From Massalongia carnosa (Eukaryota): a stretch of 20,000 nt of DNA. Below the pieces are notes generated by a model. The model made no database searches and was not told the origin of the DNA. It saw only the letters and a list, made by a program, of their open reading frames with translations. Shown piece by piece: positions 1 to 10,108 of the stretch. Position numbers and translations under genes: made by a program. Each line of letters starts with the position of its first letter. Positions within the stretch are counted from its first letter, which is position 1. The stretch covers positions 2,097,889-2,117,888 of the forward strand of contig OZ287078.1 of NCBI GenBank assembly GCA_965645245.1. Direction: 5' to 3'.

Positions 1-964
1 AATGTCGTACAAGGAGGCTGTGAAGATCTCGTTTTCTCGCTTCTTCATCAAGGTTGAAAAGGGGGCGGCTCCGATCATGTGAATACTCAGATCTGGAGGC
101 TGAACAGGGGACAATACAGAGTGCATGGGCTTCAAGGGTTCAAGACTAGCATGAACAGCGGGATTCTTAGGTTCAAAGGAATCGAATGCTTCCCCGTTTG
201 ACATCCTGAACAGGCATGTCAACTCGGGCAAGCTCGAAGGGTTCGATAACCTCGAGAGGGACCTTGTCCTCACGAGGGGTTTGACGGCCGTCAGATTGGC
301 TATCAGATTCAGGAAGAGTATGGTTCAGAGAAGAAGCAGTCTTTCTTGATAAAGACTCTTCCGAAGGATCACTAGATTTCGAGGCAATATTATTCGAAGA
401 AGAAGCAGTTTCTTTCACTAGAAACTCTTCCGAGGGATCTGGAATTCCAGGAACAACAAGAGGGGAGCGCTTTCCTTGTAAGCACTCCGCCGCACAATAA
501 CGAGACGAAAAGGTCAAGGTGTTTCGGGACCAGCTGACGAAGGGATCATGAATCTGAAGCCATTTGACTCCCAAAACAACGGGGTAATGACCCAATTGAG
601 TAACAAGAAATGAACCAGGTTCGCTATGGGCATCGATACTGAGTTGAAGTTTGACAAGATGAGTGAGCATGCCAATGGCAATAGGGCGGCCCTCCACTAC
701 CTGAAGAACACGAGGGCAAGCTAAAGGGGTGAGGGACAGGGAGTTTCTTTGCGCGAAGGATGCATCAATAAACGCATAACCCGAGGCACCACAATCAATC
801 AGGGCATGGGTGCGGAAGGAGCGATTGCCCACAGAGAGTACTATAGATATGACAAGGTGTCTACCATCTAAGGAGTCTTCTGACAGAGAAAATGCTGAAA
901 TTGAAACCGGGGAACCTTCCAAGAGTCTTCGAGGGCGACTTATCCCGAAGACTCCGCATTTTCC
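1..964 (-). pseudogene. gypsy pol N-terminal part (aspartic protease + linker), frameshifted near 190-230
   Basis: ORF 173..1072 has HALIDCGASGYAFID and YPVVLGVKWLQIHDPFVSW (retropepsin). After its stop the protein continues in another frame as GEAFDSFEPK...HMIGAAPFSTLMKKRENEIFTASLYDI up to position 1. Confidence 0.85.
923..964 (-). promoter_or_regulatory. Putative -1 programmed ribosomal frameshift signal (gag-pol)
   Basis: Minus strand G GAA AAT (958-964), 3-nt spacer, then a 9-bp stem GAGTCTTCG/CGAAGACTC (946-954 with 923-931) enclosing the gag stop. The pol ORF is in the -1 frame relative to gag. Confidence 0.7.
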
Positions 965-2164
965 GGAGAAGCAAAAGAGGTCTCGTTGAGACGTGAATTC
1001 TTGGGCGTACTCGGGCCCTTTGTTATGGGACAATTTAACGCAAAATGTCCCGACTCCCCACAATACCGACACAGACCTTCCGTCATCCGGCGAGTGACCT
1101 CCGCTGAGAGCAACTTACCACGGCTAGTAGTCGAGAGATCCATGGGGTCGGGTGCGGAGGATGAGGACAAGGGGACGGAGGATGCGGCGCGGGGCAAGGC
1201 CACTCCTCCGGACTGCGGATTACGGGGCAAGGCTCCAATAGTGGCAGGCGAAGAGGAACGAGACGTGAAAAGCTTACGAAGCGAAGCATTGACGTTGCAT
1301 TTTCGGGTGTCGAGTCTCTGCAACAGGGTAATTAACCCGTCTAAATCGTTGGGTAACTCCTGGGTTACCATTAGCTGCTTTAGTTCGTCGCTGACACCAT
1401 TCAACAGAGCCGAGCGCTGAGCCTCAGAATCGAAGTTAGTGTCCGGGATCAGTCGCTGAAAGTCCGACAAGTACACGTGAAACTCCCGATTCTTCTGTCG
1501 AAGGGACCGAAGCTCTCGTTGTGCAGTGGCCTTCTTGTCGGGATCCCCAAAAGCTCTCTCCAACATTGTTAACAAGGCGGCCACATCATCCAGAAGAATT
1601 TCTTGCTCCGATCTGACGTATGGTTGTACTTGTGAAAGGGCGAGTCCCTCGAGTCGACTAATAGCGTAGATGAGGCCGGACTTGGGACCCATGAACCGAT
1701 CGGCATTGACAAAGAGTTTGAGATGCAGTTGAGTCGTCCATGATCGAAGCTCGTCCTTGTTTCCCGAGAATTTCGGAATGTCGGGAACTTTTCAGAACGG
1801 GGTTCTCTGTTGCTAGTATGATTCTGATATTCTTGACTCTGCTGACGAAAGACAGATATCATCCCACGGGCGGCTATGAGCTCGTCATTGGAGGCCTGCA
1901 GCTGGGCACGAAGGTTGTTGAGTTCCGTTTCGAGGAATTGTATTGTCGATTCTTCTCCTCAATAACCTCCACGGCTCCGGAAGCGAAACTGATGAGACGA
2001 TGCGTGTAGCGATACCACTCTCTCGGATAAGCCGAGGCCGACTGGGCCTGTCCTTCCTGAGAGGCTGCTATTGCTGTGAGTCCGAGGCCTCCTCCGAGTA
2101 TCGGGACTCGAAGGGGCTGAGAGGTAGATCCTGGAGTGTCGAGAGCTGGAGAAGCTGAGGACAT
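940..2164 (-). pseudogene. gypsy gag, with frameshifts in its N-terminal third
   Basis: ATG at 2164 (MSSASPALDT) lies 52 nt inside the LTR boundary. Pieces in different frames (1874..2164, 1569..1862, 940..1692) join to give PKFSGNKDELRSW, LRQKNREFHVYLSDF, DPMDLS and the CCHC knuckle. Confidence 0.8.
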
Positions 2165-2216
2165 GAATGCTAATAGGGAACAAGAACCACACTGGAGTAT
2201 GGGAGGGTGTTTGTAA

Positions 2217-2488
2217 TGTCACGGTAGGAGTCCAATGATCCTATCAATGTGGTGGAACAGTGTTACGCTATCGACTATACTACATGATAATCTGACGAAA
2301 CGAACACAAGGAGGAAAACAGTAACAGCTAGCAGAGATTTCCTTTAACTACTGAAAAGGGACACTAAACCCAACTCGGTAAGCTCGCAGTCTAACCACAA
2401 CGATCATCCGCCGGCGCTAAACCTTAAAGTCCATCTAGGGCAGCCGTCTGTTCAATGAACCTCTACGTCTCATGTTCACACCATGACA
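2217..2488 (-). repeat. 5' LTR (272 bp) of the gypsy element at 1-2488
   Basis: Termini TGTCACGG (2217) and CCATGACA (2488) form a 7/8 inverted repeat with TG...CA ends. It sits between the gag start and an unrelated pol fragment. The partner LTR is not in the window. Confidence 0.75.
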
Positions 2489-2953
2489 GAGGGGTGAGAT
2501 GCTGAATACTAGTGATACCAGAGATGCTGGCGCTGGTCAGCGAGGACTGCAATCGGTGAAGGATTCGAGTATTTTCAGCTCGAAGCACTTCCCTTCGCCT
2601 TGGCTCCTCTGAGGATAGAGAGATAAAGCATCGCCAGCTCCATTATCCTTGCCATGACGATAATCGATGCGGAAATTGTAACGAGAGAGTTCTTGCGCCC
2701 AGCGAACCTGGCGGGGGCTTAAACTCTTCGTATCAATAAATCACCGCAGGTTGTTGTGGTCTGTAAGCACGAGAACTTCATGCTTACAACCTTCGAGATA
2801 ATGCCTACAATTCTTAAAGGCTTCAACGAAGGCCAGTAGTTCCCCATCGTGAGTTTCGTAACGAGTTTCTGCAGGAATCATTTTTCGAGAAAAATACGCT
2901 ACTGGGTGCCATTGGCCGGTTTCGATATCCAGCTGGGTAAGAACGACACCTAT
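2489..2953 (-). pseudogene. Fragment of a second Ty3/gypsy pol (RNase H), interrupted on both sides by other elements
   Basis: Manual translation: [110 protein letters not shown], with an internal stop at 2741-2743. Confidence 0.9.
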
Positions 2954-3217
2954 TGAAGAATAGTAAAACTCACGTGTAGGTATAATAGCATGATTGTCAT
3001 TGAAGGTATGGATTATATGTGAGCTATCTACTTCCTTATATAGCAGTCACATTGGAGACCTTTCGGCGACCCTTTTCATAAGCAGTCAAGCGGTCCACTG
3101 AATCTCGGTCCCCGGAGGTCATCTGGGTCCCCGTGGTAGAGTCGCCGAAGATAAGCACTAGATAAATGCCCATGATGGTAGTTCTTACCATCTGACACTC
3201 CCATTCAGTCATCTACC
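2954..3217 (-). mobile_element. Probable 3' LTR (2954-3197) of a copia-type element plus a ~20-bp internal stub
   Basis: Minus-strand termini TGTCAGA...TCTTCA. It is preceded by purine-rich GATGACTGAATGGGAG (PPT-like), contains TATATAAG, and starts exactly where the RNase H frame stops. No partner LTR is present. Confidence 0.55.
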
Positions 3218-3414
3218 TGTAGAAATCGCCCGTTGTGCGGCGTAACACGAAACGCGTAAGGTGTGCTTGGCTGATTTCCCCCCGCTTCGGCGTCGGCACG
3301 CACCGCTGTACCGTAAAACGTGCACCATAACACGAGAATCCCCGTCGCTGGCAACGCGACCTCTAATCGCCTCACGAGGGAGCTGGGAAGCGGCTAGGGC
3401 ATAGGGAGAGGATC

Positions 3415-4724
3415 ATGAGCGCCCGTTTTGTCTATCTGCCGGAATGGCGGGTGCTGGTGTGCGAAGCGTGCGGCTTTGGCCTCCGTCCCGGTCACGGCGT
3501 TTGGGTTCGGCACCTGAGGCAAGCACCGCATTGCTTGAAGGGCCCCGAGCTCCGGGCCCAGGTCGAGCTGTTCGAGAGCTACGACCTCTGCGCGCCGGAG
3601 CCGGAGCTCGCGCAGCTGCCGGCCCACGCGATCCCCGGATTACGGCTCCTCGACGGTTTCCAGTGCTTGACCTGCGCGGCTGGTCTGACCCCAAGCCTCC
3701 AAGCTATCGAACGGCACGTGTCAAAAGCCCACCAGCTCAAGCCTGCATGGCATCAGAAGAACCCCCTCTGGCGGTCGTGCAAACTCCAGACTTTCTTTGC
3801 CGAGAATCGCTTAGTTCGGTATTTTGTGGTAGAGGATGAGGGAAGAGCAGAGGCGCCAGGGAGCTCCGGATACAGGGGCGCGGATAGCTTGGGTTCAGGG
3901 GACGAAGACTTCTTTAAGCTGCTCGACCAGGACGCCGCTATTGCAAAGGAGGATGCTAAGGCAGAGGCCAACATCGTTCATGGCTTCGATGACCACCGAT
4001 CCGCTGTGGTGCCGTGGCTGAGACGGACGGGCATCGAGGAGCACACGCGGAGCTTAAAGAAGGACGAGATGCACGACTCTTTTGCAGTACCGAAGGCTGC
4101 CGAGAGCGAGCCCGAGCTGTTCCTGATGCTAGAGGTGATGGACGAGATCTTTCTAGAGACGCACAGCTAGTGCTTCGATGGTCCCGACTGCATGCTGACC
4201 TGGCCACGGCAGCTGGCGTTGAGCCGCTTCCATCCTGCCGCTGTCCCAGGGCAGAAGACGCGCGCGTTCGACCCGAAGAAGGAGCCTAATACGCTCAAGA
4301 CCTACTTCGGCTACTGGAAGCAGTTCTTGACCTACAGCTACCGGGTGGCCTACCGGGGCGACCACTTCACCGCGGCCGACAGCGACCAGCGGACCCCCGA
4401 GAGCCATATCCAGCTCACGGGTGCTCAGGAGAATGCGTGGGAAGTGGCTTTCCAAAGTGCCGTCGAGCAAGACGGGCCTGCGCTGAGAAAGGCCATGTCG
4501 GTGATCTCAATGGCGCTGATCTGCCACGAATTTGGAGGCAATCGGTACAGATCCTCACTGCTCAGCTTCTGCGCCATGCTCAGTGTCAAGCCACACACCA
4601 AGACTTGGAAGGAGCCGGGCAATTACAATAGCTGCTTGTCTGGCGTAATCTGGATTGTGCAGCTAATCATCTTCCACGCCAGCGCCTGTCTGGAGAAGGC
4701 GGAGCTAGGTGATACACTCGAGCG
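3415..4724 (+). pseudogene. Telomere-linked helicase (TLH/RecQ-associated)-type gene, 5' part with two C2H2-like Zn fingers (DUF3505-like)
   Basis: Motifs VLVCEAC...VRHLRQAPH, IPGLRLLDGFQCLTC...ERHVSKAH, LQTFF...RYFVV and PWLRRTG. ORFs 3415..4170 and 4192..4755 share a frame separated by one TAG (4168-4170). The gene is interrupted by the copia element at 4725. Confidence 0.8.
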
Positions 4725-5198
4725 TATTGGAATTTGCCGAGAATTTCCAGATTAGGCAATCATATGCTATATACGAAAAGCTTCAGATTTCGGCACGAGT
4801 TCGGCAACTACGAGGAGGCAAAGGTATGCAGCAAAAATGCTACATTTCGGAGGCAATTCAGCTGTTCATGATCACTGAGTGTCTCTGTGTCTCCGGTCAG
4901 CAATAAGGTGTATTGTGCCCAGCTGAAAAGCTTCAAAGGAAGCAGGTTCATGCATTTGATATAGGCCGAGATGGAGGCCCTCAAGCAGTATAAAGAGACG
5001 ATGATTCCTCATGTAATTTAGTTATTCAGTCGTTCAGAAGTTAGTGCAGCAGATAGCTAAATTTGGAGTATCTTCACTGGAAATACGGAGTACCTGCATC
5101 ACTTTTTCCAAGCACTTCTCTTTGCCTATCCTTGATAGCCCTAGACCCTCTTCTCCTGCATCCCGCTGCCGTATGCCTGGTTGATTTTTTGTTCAACA
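4725..5198 (+). repeat. 5' LTR of the copia element (474 bp)
   Basis: TATTGG...TCAACA. Matches 9585-10103 apart from 12 substitutions (counted by eye) and one 45-bp indel. Confidence 0.97.
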
Positions 5199-5210
5199 GG
5201 TTATGAGCCC
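5199..5210 (+). promoter_or_regulatory. Primer-binding site, half-tRNA-iMet type (copia/Ty5-like)
   Basis: GGTTATGAGCCC directly after the 5' LTR, with no TGG (anti-CCA) start. Confidence 0.85.
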
Positions 5211-5344
5211 GTATAGCACTCTATTCAAATCCAGGAGTATTTTATCACTAGATCTTTTATCTTAGGGGATATAGCCTGTGTGCTTGTTTGAACTCCTAGC
5301 TATCCATTTCGGCACTCGAATAGGACGACTCCTTTACCACCAAA

Positions 5345-8300
5345 ATGTCTGCCTCAGAAGACAGCCAAGATACCGGAGGTGCCATGAGGGCATCCACCAC
5401 CCCCGAGGCTAGCAAGGACTCCTCATCAAAGGACAAGGGCCTAGCGGCTATGACAGCCATTGATGGGGGATATAAAAGGGGTGCCGGTGTAAAAGATGAA
5501 GTAAAACTGCCAAAACTTACTAGCGACAACTACAGGCTGTGGTCCCACCTTTTGAAGGTGCACTTAATTGCCAAAGGGCTCTGGAAAGTAGTCAGTGGAG
5601 AGATACTCGAACCACCAGGAAGCATGCCTTTAGATAGAGACTCGTGGATCTTTGATGATGCCACAGCAATTACCATCCTCATGGGAGCCATGGACGAAAG
5701 GCAGCAGAAGCATGTGCAACTGCAGCAATCTGCCGAAGGGGTATAGGATGCCCAAAAGGAAATTCACGGCAAAGACTCCAGGACACGCTTGGTCCCCATG
5801 CTCCGCCGATTTCATACGTATAAGGCCAAGGCAGAGGAAGGAGTAGATGAGACTGCAGCAGAGCTAGAAGATATGAGGGATATCATCGCAAACATAAACC
5901 CAGAGGTGAAGCCATCCGATATCATGATGGCCCTAGTCCTAATGGATTCGGTGGATCACGAGCGGTATAATGCGGTGAAATTGCAATTAAACGACTTGGA
6001 AAACCTCACGTTTCGGAAGGTGATTGAAAAATATAAAGAAATCGAGCAGATGGCGAGTGATAACGCGGGGAACCCCTATGAAATCGCTTATAAGGTCTCC
6101 GCCAAGCCCTATAAGTTTAAGGGGAAATGTTACCACTGCAAGAAACCTGGTCACGTGAAAACCAAGTGTTTTGAATGGCTTGCCAGTGACGAAGGCAAGG
6201 CTTACAATGAAGATACAGCCAGCACGGCCCAATCAAAGGGCAAGAAAGTCAAGGACGGAGGTAAGGGAGAGGAAAAGTTAAGTGATGGCAGACGTGGAAT
6301 GGGCCGAGGAGTTCACCTTGCACGTAAAGCATCCGGCACAAGGGACAGCGACAGTAAGGATAGCGACGACGAGTCAGTGTACGGTCGCATTGCCATTGAC
6401 CACGTAGACCAGAGCGACCATGAGGATTTCACCGACTACGTCAACAATGGGGCGAGCTATCGCACTTCCTAGAAGTGCTCCTCCCCTAAGAGTTTTGCTA
6501 GAGTGGCAAAACTCACTTCCAAAGTAATACCCCCGAATGAGTAGATGATTGACTCAGGGGCCATTCGCCATATGACGGCCAGTCGGAAGCTATTCACAAA
6601 CTTTACACTGCAGGTAAGTTGGGTGAGGATAGCTAATATGGTAAAGATTAAATCACCTGGTTAAGGTGATGTGGCTGTGGAGCTGGAGGATAAGAAGTTC
6701 AAACTTACAGAAGTGTTATACGTACCTGAGCTGGATGCGAATTTGTTGTCAATTTCGGCATTACAAGCTAGAGGAATGATTGTGAGGTTTGGATTGAGTT
6801 TCGTCGAAATTTTGAGGAGAGGTAGCTGCCTCGCCACCGGGTTTTTGGTGGGAAAAACGTACCTGCTCCGATCCGCAGGAAGCGGAGTGGCCCTGATAGC
6901 CACTGAGGATCCCGATGAAGAAATCCCTATTACTTCTGATCCAAATATCAGCGAAAGATCGTCCGGAAATCAGAATTTGCCAAGAATGCCAGAAAATGCA
7001 AAAAGACAATAAAAAAGCAATTAGTACTTGGTCCCAATTAGAAAGAGACCGATACCTACTATGGCATGGCCGCATGGGGCACGTGGGAGCATACAGACTC
7101 ACTGACCTCCATGAAGCCACTAATGGAGTGGGAGCCAAGTTACATGACCATGAGAAGGAATGCAAATGCATCACATGTACTCAGACGAAAATGACTTGAA
7201 TAATCAACCGAAACCCACCAGAACGGGCTACCCGCCGTCTGGAACGAGTCTGTTCAGACTTTTGGGGTCCATATCGGGTGCCCAATAACCAGGGGACCAA
7301 GTATTTTGTGTCCTTTACCGACGAAGCCACCGGCTACTCGGATGTTTACCTCGGAGCCAGGAGCGAGCTAGAAAAGCTCTTTCGGATGTTCAAAAATCGT
7401 GCCGAGATCGAGACAGGGGAGCGAATCAGGATCCTGCGATGTGATAACGCTTTGCAGTATGAAAAACTGGGTAGAACGATATTGCCGGAAGGAATAGTGG
7501 TGGGTTTACCACGGCCTAAACCCCTGAGCAGAATGGGGTTGCAGAAAGACTCAATAGAACGCTGATGCAGATGGTATCAGCGATGCAGATGTGGTCTGGG
7601 TTGCCTAGGTCATTTTGGGGGGACGCAGTACTGACTGCCAATTATCTGAAGAATCGCCTTCCGTTGAAGCGGTTTGATAAGAAGACCCCATATGAGATAT
7701 GGCACCAGAAGAAGCCAGAGGTAGGCCATATGAGGACCTATAGATGCCTCGTACACGTGCACGTTCCTAGCAAAACTCGAGCGAAGATGGATAAGGTATC
7801 CCATCAGGGAATTCTCGTTGGATTCCGGTCATCTATACAGTATAAGGTGCATAATCCTGATACGAAAACAGTGGGAGTACATACCTCAGTGAAGTTTTTC
7901 GAGGATTGGCCAAGAGGCCCTTTACTGAATACACCAGCGGAACAGGGTGAGTGGGAGTTAGATGTTGCAGATTCAGACTACGAACCTGATGAGGAACAAG
8001 GAGTTCCTACGTACAGACTTACAAACCCTGAGAATGCCTTAGAATTTCAGGGAACATCAAACCTAGAAAATGACGACGCAATATTTCTAGGTGATAATGT
8101 TCCCGGAGAAAGTATTGAGGGTACAGAGAATCCCTCACTGAATGAAGGCGATATTCCCGGAAATCGCGAAACTCCGGGAAATCAAGAAGAAGGAAACGAG
8201 ACCTCGGAAACTGAAATCCGAGCACCAGAATTCGAAGGTCTGCCGACTACTGGACGAAATTCGCCAGAGCCAGCACAGAATTCAAAAAGGGGGCAGAAAG

Positions 8301-9430
8301 CCACGCTATCACCGAAAAATCAACAGCTTGTTTTAGCAGCACCTTCCCGGTCAAGACGCACGAAAAAGCCGTATGACTCCAAGGCATTTGATAAGTCAAA
8401 AGCACCAATGGCTATCGTTTATATAGCTCGATTGCCTGAACCGGCTACCTATAAGGAAGCCATGACTGGACCAAATCGCCGTGAATGGAGGGGGGCAACA
8501 GAAGAAGAGCTGGAAGCGCTGCGGTGGAAACGCACGTTTATTATCGTGCCGAGGCCGAAAAACCGTGAGCTAATAACTTCGAAATGGGTATTCAAAATCA
8601 AATACACATCCGCCGCAGTTATTGAGCGGTTCAAGGCCAGACTTTGTGCTAGAGGTTTCACTCAGAAATATGGCATTGATTACGAAGAAATATTTGCACC
8701 CACCTTGAGGTTCGAATCTCTGAGAATGTTAATGGCAATTACTGCGTTACTGAACCTGGAAGCACATCAAATGGACGTTTCAAATGCCTATTTAGAAGGG
8801 GAGTTGGAAGAAGAAATCTACATGGAAATACCAGAGGGAATGGATGTTCCGAACGAAAAGAATAAGGCCCTTCTACTGCAAAAAGGCCTTTATGGTCTCA
8901 AGTAATCCGGCCGAATCTGGAGCAGAAAGTTCAGAAGGTATCTGAGATCCATTGGATTCGAACCAATCTCAGCCGGCAATTGTGTGTTCATAAACCTCCA
9001 AGCCGGCGTCATTATCTCAGTATACGTCGATGATCTTCTCATTTTTACCGCCAAAATATCCCTCATCAATGCAGTCAAGGCACAGCTAAAACAGGAGTCT
9101 AAGATGAAGGATTTGGGAGAGGTAGACCACATCTTGGGAATGCGAGTGCGGAGAAACCGAAAATCTAGAAATCTAACACTAGATCAGTCAGTATACATCA
9201 ACAACTTCATTTCGAAATATGGGATGGAAAATGCACAACCAGTTTCAACTCGATTGATGGATATGCAGCATTGACTGCCGCCACCCCCACGGAACCCAGG
9301 ACCGACCAGCTGGAGTATCAGAAAAAGCTATGATCCCACCAACGAGATAGCAGCTGATATTTTGACAAAGCCTTTGACAAAGGCGGCTTTTGAACGCGGA
9401 CGTGCTCTACTAGGTATGAAGGGTGCCTAG
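5345..9430 (+). pseudogene. copia gag-pol polyprotein with multiple stops, frameshifts and an RT/RNase H deletion
   Basis: Gag LTSDNYRLWS...LIAKGLWKVV and knuckle CYHCKKPGHVKTKC; protease *MIDSGAIRHMT (~6542-6577); integrase LWHGRMGH..CITC, SDFWGP, RCDNA, PEQNGVAERLNRTL; RT SKWVFKIK, RFKARLCARGFTQ, QMDVSNAYL, LYGLK*S, YVDDLLI; RNase H tail AADILTKPL. Stops at 5744, 6470, 6542, 7197 and 8903. Confidence 0.95.
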
Positions 9431-9574
9431 AGAGTTAGCGATAGTTTATCGCAACCACATCGGCCCACGAGGGCCAATGGCCTACCTGAGCATCGTGTTC
9501 CGATTGGCAAAACACGCAGGATTTCTTTTAATTCGTTTTCGGGCATGCGAGGGTATGAAGGCATTCAGATACTC

Positions 9575-9584
9575 GGAGTAGGAG
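9575..9584 (+). promoter_or_regulatory. Polypurine tract of the copia element
   Basis: GGAGTAGGAG immediately before the 3' LTR. Confidence 0.7.
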
Positions 9585-10103
9585 TATTGGAATTTGCCGA
9601 GATACCTGAATATTTGCGACCGAGGTTCTTTTGCCTCCTGCTTACTAATTTCCAGATTAGGCAATCATATGCTATATGCGAAAAGCTTCAGATTTCGGCA
9701 CGACTTCGGCAACTACGAGGAGGCAAATGTATACAGCAAAAATGCTACATTTCGGAGGCAATTCAGCTGTTCATGATCACTGAGTGTCTCGGTGTCTCCG
9801 GTCAGCAATAAGGTGTATTTTGCCCAGCTGAAAAGCTTCAAAGGAAGCAGGGTCATGCATTTGATATAGGCCGAGATGGAGGCCCTCAAGCAGTATAAAG
9901 AGACGATGATTCCTCATGTAATTTAGTTATTCAGTCGTTCAGAAGTTAGTGCAGCAGATACCTAAATTTGGAGTATCTTCACTGGAAATACGGAGTACCT
10001 GCATCACGTTTGCCAAGCACTTCTCTTTGCCTATCCTTGATAGCCCTAGACTCTCTTCTCCTGCATCCCGCTGCCATATGCCTGGTTGATTTTTTGTTCA
10101 ACA
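9585..10103 (+). repeat. 3' LTR of the copia element (519 bp)
   Basis: TATTGG...TCAACA. Carries 45 bp (9603-9647) that are absent from the 5' LTR. Confidence 0.97.
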
Positions 10104-10108
10104 GAGCT

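Larger units (their letters stand above)
1..2488 (-). mobile_element. Ty3/gypsy LTR retrotransposon, 5' part (5' LTR, gag, protease); degenerate; continues past the left edge of the window
   Basis: LTR at 2217-2488, then gag with CCHC knuckle CRYCGESGHFALNC, then -1-frame pol with aspartic protease motif ALIDCGA, then linker peptide MIGAAPF...EIFTASLYDI at 1-80. Confidence 0.9.
4725..10103 (+). mobile_element. Near full-length, inactivated Ty1/copia LTR retrotransposon (5379 bp)
   Basis: Direct-repeat LTRs at 4725-5198 and 9585-10103, a 5-bp TSD (GAGCG 4720-4724 / GAGCT 10104-10108), PBS, PPT, and domain order gag-PR-IN-RT-RH. Confidence 0.97.

Noticed and set aside
3394..3406. CTAGGG-CA-TAGGG before the TLH ATG as a relic telomere seed
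   Set aside because: Only two imperfect units, which is compatible with chance.
4709..9811. Near-identical small ORFs 4709..4906 and 9545..9811 as duplicated genes
   Set aside because: Both lie in the two LTRs and have no protein motifs.
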